The translations under genes and the position numbers were made by a program. The notes beneath the pieces were generated by a model, which searched no databases, was not told where the DNA came from, and saw nothing but the letters and a program-made list of their open reading frames with translations. Shown here piece after piece: positions 52,624-64,000 of a stretch of DNA of 64,000 bases (positions are counted from its first letter, which is position 1; the number at the start of each line of letters is the position of its first letter). Source of the stretch: the human T2T-CHM13v2.0 reference genome, Homo sapiens; NCBI RefSeq assembly GCF_009914755.1, contig NC_060928.1, one strand, 5' to 3'.

Positions 52624-53687
52624 GTTATCAAACATTTTTAATTCTAATAATTTAAACTTGGCAGAGATCTGCTATGATAATACTTTGTGCTTATTGTGCA
52701 ATTTATCCTTTGGATAAATTACTAGAAGTGGAACTTCTATATAAAAAAGTATGAACAATTCCAAGGCTTTGCTATCTGTAGCTAAAGTACTTTACAGAGC
52801 TTATTCCAATTTACATTCCCTTCAGCTAACTTATTGCATCCTATTTAACAATAAATATTGACATTTTAAGTTTTATCAAATTGCTAGGTAAAAATAGTGT
52901 TGTGCTACTTTAACGCATATTTGGTTCCAAGGGGGACATATCCCCCATATGTTTATTGATTGGTTTTTGTTTCTTTTTTGTGAGTTGACTGAACTCAGTA
53001 CATCCTTCCAAGAGATATTAATTGTGGTTGATTTTATTTACTACAAATACTTTACCCACCTTGTTTACTTTTTAATTTTGTCTGTGGTGTCTTCAGGTGC
53101 ACAATACACCAACAAAAATAGAATTATAAAAATTTTATTGCTACCGTTAAGTATCTTTATTTATTTTTTTAAAGAGAAAACATTTAAATGATTAAAGGGC
53201 ATCCTTGTAACTAAGAGTAAGTACATCAAAAAATTACTTGATTAGAGTTTATGAGTTTTAAATCCTGTCATTAAAAAGTTGAAAAAAAGAATGACATTAT
53301 GGCTTTGCTATAATAAGATGCTGCTTTTATAATGTAAAATATGGTTACTCACTTGAAAAATAAACTCAAGAGAATAAATTTATTTATTTATTTTGTCATT
53401 TATTCATCCAGGCAAATCCCAAATGGTGAAGTTGCAATAATATTATTGGTATGGGGTTGGAATACATCTTTTAGCTGTCTGTGTGATTTTTCTGAAAGAT
53501 AATGTTTCTTTAGAGAAGGACATATTAAAAACATTTTTCCAAAGAAGAAAAAATAAAAGAAGAAAAAAATATTGTAGCATTTCATATACATCTAAATGAA
53601 GTGTGATATATATTTGCCAATTATCTAAAAGCAAATCTCAGCAAAAATGCAATAACTTTCATTACAAGAACAAAATGTGAAATATAA

Positions 53688-53689
<2 letters not shown>

Positions 53690-53720
<31 letters not shown>
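53690..53720. repeat. (TG)15 microsatellite
   Basis: Direct reading. Confidence 0.95.
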
Positions 53721-53722
<2 letters not shown>

Positions 53723-53892
53723 TGTTATACAGAGCAAAGCATATATATTTTAATATGCTTTAAAGGCTGAAGACATTTTTAAAGCATCAACCATGGAAAT
53801 GAAATTAATTGAAAAAAAGAGATAGAGAGACTGAAACCCAGAAGAGGAATTAAAATAATCACTGAAAGCTACTAAAATTTTAATACAGCAGG

Positions 53893-55422
53893 TTTTTTTT
53901 TTAAAAATTAATTTTTGTGTGTACATAGTAGGTATATATATTTGTGGGGTATATAAGATATTTTAATAAAGGCATGCAATGTGAAATAATCACATCATGG
54001 AGAATGGGGTATTCATCCCCTCAATTCTTTGTGTTACAAGCAATCCAACTACACTCTTTCAGTTATTTTTAAATGTACAAGTAAGTTATTATTGACTGTA
54101 GTCACCGTCTTGTGCAATCAAACAATATGCCTTGTTCATTCTTTCTATTTTTTTGTACCCATTCAGTACACCCACCTCCTCCCCCTCCCCCCACTACTCT
54201 TCCTAGCCTCTAGTAATGATCCTTCTACTTTCTATGTCCATGAGTTCAATTGTTTTGATTTTTAGATCCTACCAATAAGTGAGAACATGTGACATTTGTC
54301 TTTCTGTAGTTGCCTGATTTCACTTAACATAATGATCTCCAGTTCCATCCATGTTGTTGCAAATGACTGGATGTCATTCTTTTTTATGGCTGAATAGTAC
54401 TCAGTTGTGTATAAGTACCACATTTTCAACATCTATTCATCTGTTGATGGACACTTAGGTTGCTTCTAAATCTTAGCTATTGTGACCAGTGCTACAACAA
54501 ACAAGGGAGTGCAGATATCTCTTCAATATACTGATTTCCTTTCTTTTGGGTATGTATCCAGCAGTGGGATTGCTGGATCATATGGTATCTATTTTTACTT
54601 TTTTGTGAGAAAGCTTCAAGCTGTTCTCCACAGTAGTTGTACTAATTTATATTTCCACCAACAGTGTATAAGGATTCCCTTTTCTTCACATCCTCACTAG
54701 CATTTGTTATTGCCTGTAGTTTGGATATAAGCCATTTTAACCCAGAGTGAGATGATATCTCATTGCAGTTTTGATTTGCATTTCTCTGATGATCGATGAT
54801 ATTGAGCACCTTCTCATATATTTGTCATTTGTAAGTCTTCTTTTGAGAAATGTCTATTCAAATCTTTTGCCTATGTTCTGATCAGATTACAAGATTTTTT
54901 TCTCCTGTAGAGTTGTTTGAGCTCCTTATATATTCTGGTTATTAATCCCTTGTCCAGATGGGTAGTTTGCAAATACTCTCTCCCATTCTGTAGGTTGTCT
55001 CTTCACTTTCATGATTGTTTCCTTTGCTATGCAGAAGCTTTGTGACTTGGTATGAGCCCATTTGTGCATGTTTACTTTGGTTGCCTGTGTTTGTGGGGTA
55101 TTATTCAAGAACTTTTTGCCCAGACCAATGTCCTGGAGCTTTTCCCCAATTTTTTCCTGTAGTGGTTTCATAGTTTTATGTCTTAGATTTAAGTCTTTAA
55201 TCCATTTTGACTTGGTTTTTATGCACTGTGAGAGAGAGGGGTCTAGTTTCTTTCTTCTGCATATGGACATTCAGTTTTCCCAGAACCATTTATTGAAGAG
55301 ACTGTCTTTTCCACAGAGTATATTCTCGACAACTTTGTTGAAAATGAATTCATTGTGTGTGGATTTGTTTCTGGGTTCTCTATTCTGTTCCATTGGTCCA
55401 TGTGTTTGTTTTTAATGCCATA
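53893..55422 (-). mobile_element. 5'-truncated L1MA (about L1MA2-3)
   Basis: L1MA-type 3'UTR plus ORF2 C-terminal fragments (KRQPTEWERVFANY). Confidence 0.9.
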
Positions 55423-55448
55423 GCAGAAGATTTTAAAAAGCATATTTT

Positions 55449-55811
55449 AAAACATTTATTTTTAAATTTTATGGATACATAGTTGTGCATGTTTATAGGA
55501 TACATGTGATGTTTTGAAACAAATATGCAATGTGTAATTACTGAGTCTGGGTAATTGGAATATCATAATCTCAAAAATTTATCATTTATTTTGTGTTGGG
55601 AATATTCTAAATCTTGTCTAGCTATTTTGGAATATACAATAAATGATTGTTAACAATAGTTACTCTATTGTACTACCAAACCCTGGAACTTATTTTTGCT
55701 ATTTAGCTCTATTTTTGTACCCATGAAAACCAACCCCTCTTCATCTCCCCTGCCCACTACTCCTTCCAGCCTCTGGTAACCACGATGCTGTTCACTATTA
55801 CCATGAGATCT
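55449..55811 (-). mobile_element. Short L1MA (about L1MA5-7) 3' end
   Basis: L1MA 3'UTR; flanked by attttaaaaagcatatttt / attttaaaaagaggatttt (likely TSD). Confidence 0.8.
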
Positions 55812-56665
55812 ATTTTAAAAAGAGGATTTTTAAAAATAAGATATTTTTCCTATATTCAAATGGAAGCTGACAAGAAGTTACTGTGAGCCATATTTTTATT
55901 TCAAATGAGGAAGTATTTTAAAAATTCTTTTCTAACAACTTTTTGAATGTTTAGTTTCTTCTTAAGTGGCCTGACCCCATTCTTTGCTTTTGCACTGTTC
56001 TTGAATTTTCTTTCCCTAACAAGATGTTTTACTTGCAAATGCATTATATTTTACTTAAATTGGAGTCTGCTATCATCTCTTATCTTGTGGCATCATATCT
56101 TGCTCTGCCTTACTCCTGTTTCAATAGTTTGGCATGAAACAACTGCTACAAACTGACAATTGATTTGTTTTGGGAGCTTCTGGGGCAGGTGTTTTAAGTT
56201 TGAAAACATAAAAAAGAGATGCCTGTTGGAAGTTCATTTACTTGCAAATGAAATAGAAAAATTGGATTCGGGGAAGAGGCAGAGAAAAAGGTCAACCTAA
56301 AAATAAATAATTGGCTTTCAGAAAATTGATAATTGGGTGAATTTGACTTGTACTTCTTAAAAAAATGAGATATAATTTACAGAAGGAGAAATGCACTGAT
56401 CTTATATATACAGATTGATAAATGTTCACAGACAGGTATCCTACACCCTAGTTGAAATATAAAATATTGTAATAAGCCTGGAAGGTTATCTCACATCCAC
56501 TTCTACTCCATCTCCACCTTTCCAGTAATTTCTATTCTTATTTTTATAGCCCTAGATTAGTTTTGCCTATTCTTGAATTTTACATAAATAAATTATCCAG
56601 TATAACTTATTTTGCATGTATTTCTTTTCTATAACAACATTTTACCATTTATTAATGTTATTGTA

Positions 56666-58170
56666 TGTAGGGGTTCAGTCAGGATGGTGGGAAAAATTAT
56701 AAAATAAATACAAACTTTCTTGGAAGGCCTGAGGTTTTTGCAAATGCCTTAAGATAAAATTATGGCTGAAGGCAGCCTAATCGTCTTTGAGCTATAGCAA
56801 GGATAATTAACACAGGAATGTAGAGGAGTCTATCTAAATAGCTTGTTTAATCATGTGGTCTTAAGACTAACCTTTGGCCATCCGCGGGTGCATGATTGCT
56901 CTCTACTCTGGGGGGATCGGCAATGGTAATTACCTCTAGTGGTGTTTACTTGAGAGCTTTTGTCATGTAATGTATACTGAAAAAATGCTGGGAAGGCCAG
57001 TGAGTCTGGGCCCCAGCTGCTACTCTTTACAGCACTCTCCTTGGAGTCTGTAAGTGGCCTGGATGCTCAGCTGGACTGACAAGCATAATATCTGTGTCAG
57101 TGTACGTTATTCATCTGTTATTGGGTCAGTGTCTGCGGGATGGACCACCCCCCCAACAAAGCTGGTGCCCTGTGTGAGGAGCACTGCGAAGGGAGCATGA
57201 TGGACCCCCCAAAAACGAAGGTGAAAAGGACTGTGCAGGTCAGTGAGTCAGTAAGTCACTGATGCCCAGTCAGGATTTCCAAGTTTGGCGGGGGATTGTT
57301 CAGGCTGAAGTTTCATCATGGGACAACAGTCATCAGCTCAACAAAAACAGTATATAAAAATATTGAAACAGCTGCTTAAGGCTAGTGGAGCCTCAGTTTC
57401 ACAGTCTTAATTAAGGGACCTAATGCAAACTGTTGTAAACCATAGTCCATACGTAGAGCTCTGAGAACAAGTTAGGGAGAAACCTTTTTTTTTTTTTTTT
57501 TTTTTTTTGAGATGGAGTCTTGCTCTGTGCCCAGTGGCACCATCTCAGCTCATTGCAAGCTCCGCCTCCCGGTTTCACACCATTCTCCTGCCTCAGCCTA
57601 CTGAGTAGCTGGGACTACAGGTGCCCACCACCATGCCCGGCTAATTTTTTGTATTTTTAGTAGAGGCAGGGTTTCACAGTGTTAGCCAGGATGATCTTGA
57701 TCTCCTGACCTCGTGATCTGCCCACCCTGGCCTCCAACACAGGCATGAGCTACTGCACGCAGCCAGGAGAAATCTTAAACAACATTATGCACAAGGGCAA
57801 CGGGTCCCAGTAACAGCTCTAACACTATGGGCTTTAGTTAGAGCTGCTCCGGTTCCATTACACACAGAAGAACCTAAAAAGTGGAAGGAGGAGGAACTGT
57901 CACCTGCCTTACCGCCTCCTCTTCCCTCAGGCCCAATATCACGGGCCAAAATAACAAAGAGGAAACAGAGATTTTACATGAGCCCCCTCCTCCAATAAAT
58001 AGGAAAAAGGACAAGAGACATGCTCCAGCTATGGGACCTTGTCTTAAGGATGCAGCATTAAAAGGGGAGCTCTTAGCTTGCCCAGTAATGCAAGATTGGC
58101 AAAGCAATCAGGCATGCTATCTATGTCAGTGTGTGTCTTTGGTTCAGGGTCTGAAGGATGGACCCAGGCA
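56666..58170 (+). mobile_element. HERV-K(HML-5)/LTR22 provirus, deleted from mid-gag to the last ~60 bp of the 3' LTR
   Basis: LTR22 at 56666 to about 57155; PBS tggtgccctgtgtgagga (57163-57180, 17/18 to tRNA-Met 3' end); gag ATG at 57318 (MGQQSSAQQKQYIKILKQLLKASG); LTR terminal copy at about 58111-58170; 6-bp TSD attgta/attgtg. Confidence 0.88.
57485..57764 (-). mobile_element. AluY with two short internal deletions, inserted in HML-5 gag
   Basis: gcaagctccgcc and ttcacaccattctcc diagnostics; TSD gggagaaacctt / aggagaaatctt. Confidence 0.9.
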
Positions 58171-59041
58171 ATTGTGTGTGCGTATATATGTATATTTTAT
58201 AACTGAGTAGTACTCCATTGTATAGATATCACCAAATTGTTTAGCTGTTGGTTTGGTTGCCACCAAATGAATTTGATGATCAACTTTCCCTTTTCTGACC
58301 CTCAAAAAAGTCATTGGAGTTTTGATAAAGATGGTATTGAATCTAGAAATTAATTTGGGGAGTATTGCCAGCTTAACAGTATTGATCCATGATCATGGAA
58401 TGGTTGTTTATTTGGCTATTCTTTTATTTCTTTCAATAATATTTCATACTTGTTAATGTACAAATCTTGCCCTACTTTTATTAAATATACACCTATTTTA
58501 TTGTTTTTGATGCTATTGTAAATAGTATTGCTTTATTAATTTTGTCTTTTTTTCTAGTATATAGAAATACAATTGATTTTATTATATTTAACTTGTATCT
58601 TGCAATGTGCTGAACTCATTTATTAGTTCTAATAGTTTTTTGGTGGAGTTAAGATTTTTTATATACAAGAATGTGTCATCTATGAAACAAGATAGTTTTA
58701 CTACTTTCTTTCAAATCTGGTTAACTTTTATTTCTTTTTATTGCTTAATTTACCTGGGAAGATCCTTAGGCACAATGTTTAATAAAATTGTTGAGAGTTG
58801 GCATGCTTGTTCCTGATTTTATGAAGAAATATTTCAGACTTTCAACATTAAATATGATATTAGCTGAGCATGTTTAATAGGCACCCTTTATCAAATTTAG
58901 GAAGTTTCTTTGTCTTCCTACTCTGGCTGAGATTTTTTATCATAAAGAGTTGTTGAATTTGTCCAATTCTCTATTAAAATGGTCATGTGCTTTTTTTTTC
59001 TTTCATTAATATGGCATATGACATGGATTTATTTTCTCATG

Positions 59042-59397
59042 TATCTTAGTCCATTTTGTGCTGATAAACCACAACTGGGTAATTTACAAAACCCAGAAAT
59101 TTATATTTTCACAGTTCAGGAGTTTGGGAAGTCCAAAATCCAAGAGCTGACATTTGGTAAAAGCCTTTTTGCTGGGTCCTCTGGAAGAAAGGAATACTGG
59201 GTCCCCACATGACAAAGTGGGAGGTAAGGAAACAATAAGGGGCCAAACTTGCCCTTTTATAATGGTATTAATCCCACTCAAGAGAAGAAAGAGCTCATGG
59301 CCCTATTACCTCCCAAAGGTACCATTTTTCAACACTGCCACAAGGCAAACAACTTTCAACATGAGTTTTGGAGGGGACAAACATTCAAACCATAGCA
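59042..59397 (-). mobile_element. MSTD/MLT1A-like solo LTR
   Basis: tatcttagtccattttgtgctg...ttcaaaccatagca; TSD tcatg/acatg. Confidence 0.8.
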
Positions 59398-62025
59398 ACA
59401 TGTTTTACATTAACATTGCATTCCTGGGATACATCCTAATTGTTCATGGTGCATGACCCTTTCTAGGTTGCTGAATTGTTGCTACTATTTTGTTGAGAAT
59501 TTTTGTGTACATATTCCTCAAAAAATACTGGTTTGTAGTTTCCTTTTTGTAATATTTTCATCTGGTTTGAACACTGCCTCCTTAAAATGACTTGAGAAGT
59601 GTTCATTCATCTTCTGCTCTTTGAAAGAGTTTAATATTGGTGTTAATTTAAAAATATTTGGCAGGATATACCAGTGAAGTTGTGTGTTCCTGTGCTTTTC
59701 CTTTTGAGATATTTAAAAATTAGTAATTCAACCTATTTGGTCATTGTAGGTTTATTTGGATTTTTTATACCTTTTGGGGTTAGTTTTTATAGTTTGTGAA
59801 TTTACAGAAATCTGTTCATTTCATCTAGGTATCTAATTTGTTCATATACATTTATTTAATAATCCATTTTAATATTTTTTATTTTCATAAACTTGGTAGA
59901 AATTATTCCTCTTTTAATACTGATTTTAATAATGGGACTCTTTTTCTTGTTCAGTCTGGTTACATGTTTGTCTTTTTTGTTGTTTTTCTTTTAACATAAC
60001 ACATTATTGGTTTTGTCTATTTTCTGTATTGTTTTTATATTCTATATTCCATTAATTTCCACTATAATTCATACTATTTTCTCCCATTGTATTGCATTGA
60101 TTTAGTTTGCTCTTGTTTCTAGTTTCTTAAAGTGGAACATTAGGTTGTTTATTTGAAATTTTTCTTCTTTTATTACATAGGTGTTTACAGCTATAACTGA
60201 GCAACTGAGCACTACTTTAGCTGCATTCCATAAATTTTACTATGTTGTTTTGTTTTCATTTATCTCAAAATATTTTCAATTTTCCTTGTGATTTTTTGGC
60301 CCATTGGTTAGGGATGTGTTGTTTGCCACATATTTGTGAATTTTCCAAATGGCCTTCTATAATTGATTTTTAATTTCATTTCATTAAGATAGGAGAAACC
60401 ACTCTCTCCATTTACAATAATTTTAAATTTATTGAGTCTTGTTTCATAGCCTAGCATATAGTTTATCCTGAGGAATGTTTCGAGTGCACATGAGAAGTAT
60501 AAGTATTCTGGGGTTGTCAGGTGGAGTGCTTTATAGATGTCCGTTAGGTCTTATTAGCTTATGATAATTTTCAAATCTTATCTCTGTTATTTGGATAGTT
60601 GTTCTATCCTATATTGAAAATGGGGTATTGAATGCTCCAACTACCATTGTTGAACTGACTATTTCTCCCTTCAATTCTGTCAGTTTTTGCTTCATGTATT
60701 TTGGGATTCTGTTATATATATAATATATATACATATATAATATATATATAGTTATAATTGTTTGCTGATACGTTGGCCATTTTATAATTATAAAATGTCC
60801 TCTGCTTTTCAACATTTTTTGTCTTGAAGTCTGTGTTGTCTGATATTATTATAGCCACATTAACTCTCTTTTGGTCACTGTTTGCATAGTATGCCTTTTC
60901 CTGTCATTTAACTTTCAGTCTATTTTTGTCTTCAACTGAAGTGTATCTCTCTTAGAAAGTATACTGTTGACTCTCTTTTTTCCTATTCATTCTGCCAGTC
61001 TCTGCCTTCTGATTGGAATGTTTATCCATTTACATTTAACATGATTACTAATTATATAAGTTTTATTTTTTCTTTGTTGTTTCTCTATTCCTCCATTATT
61101 GCTCCCTTTTGTGTTAAGTAGATACTTTTAATAATACTACTTTCATCCTTGTATTGTCTCTTTGATTATATTTCAGGAAATATTGTTTATACATTGTCTT
61201 GGAATTTGTAGTTGACTGGACTTGAAACAATATTTTTCAGATTAATACCAACTTAATTTCAATAATATATAAAACCACATATATGTGTGTATGCCTGTAT
61301 GCATATATTTCTATTTCTTTCTCCTTTTTTGTGCTATTATTTATACAAATTATATTCTTATACATTATAAGCCAATGCCAATTAGCATCATTTTACAATT
61401 ATTGCTTGTTGAAGTTGTGTTTTAAGTCATATAGCAGAGAAAAAGAGTTTCAAACAGAAATACGTTTATACCGTCTTTTATATTTACCGATGTAGTTACC
61501 TTTACTGGTGCTATTTATTTATTTGTGAGGATTCAAGTTATGGCCTAGTGTCCTTTTCCACTCTCTCCTATTTTATTTTTCTGGAATACTTAAATTTATT
61601 TTTAAAGGATAAGTTTGCTGAATGTAGAATTTTCAGTTAACACTCATTTTCTTTCAGTACTTTGAATAAGTCATCTCACTACTTTCTGGCCTTTACAGTT
61701 TTTAATAAATCTATTGTTACCTGATTGAGGATTTCTTCCACATGATAATTCACTCCTTTTGACATTTTCATTATGATGTGTCAATGTGTGAGTCTCTGGG
61801 TTTATTCTACTTGTAGTTTATTAAATTAAACTTCTTGGATGTGTAGGTTACACTTTTTCATGAAATTTGGGGTGCTTTTAGACACTGTTTCTTCAAATAT
61901 TCTTTGTCTTTTTCTTTCTCTCTCTTGTCCTTCTGATACTTCCATAATACATTTGTTGATAGCCTTGTTCATGTCTCACATGTCTCTGTAGCTATGCTCT
62001 TTTCCATATTCATTTTCTTTCTGTT

Positions 62026-64000
<1,975 letters not shown>

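Larger units (their letters stand above)
56355..62025 (-). mobile_element. Old L1M element hosting nested HML-5 and MST insertions
   Basis: 3'UTR at 56355-56665 resumes at 58177; ORF2 remnants to about 61050 (60609-60815 ORF is endonuclease-like, VGAFNTPFS); ORF1-region remnants beyond. Confidence 0.8.

Noticed and set aside
52931-52946. Small palindrome ggggga-cata-tccccc
   Set aside because: A 6-bp stem is expected by chance.

Overview
AT-rich, CpG-poor primate (human-like) genomic DNA dominated by interspersed repeats. I see no supportable host protein-coding exon, CpG island or intact RNA gene. The long ORFs in the track are fragments of L1, ERV, MaLR or Alu sequence, or chance ORFs. Main elements: a full-length but disrupted L1PA (about L1PA5-6; 8920-15059, minus strand, 15-bp TSD), a 5'-truncated L1PA8-like copy, a two-LTR MER50-type ERV1 provirus (36551-43391), a heavily deleted HERV-K(HML-5)/LTR22 provirus (56666-58170), an MSTA LTR plus internal region running off the right end, and many Alu, MaLR/ERVL, L1M, L2 and MIR pieces. 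Subfamily names come from my recall of consensus sequences, not from a search. The most unusual observations are: (1) a tailless U2 snRNA 5' fragment fused to a perfect 26-bp fold-back hairpin at 29029-29136; (2) a degenerate 39-bp tandem array built from a MIR core segment that phases NR5A/ESRR-type TGACCTTG motifs (22878-23193); (3) reciprocal loss of TATA and poly(A) signals between the two MER50 LTRs, with a splice donor just past the 3' LTR; (4) further snap-back templated insertions at 40283 and 51214. None of these is demonstrated to be a functional new system.
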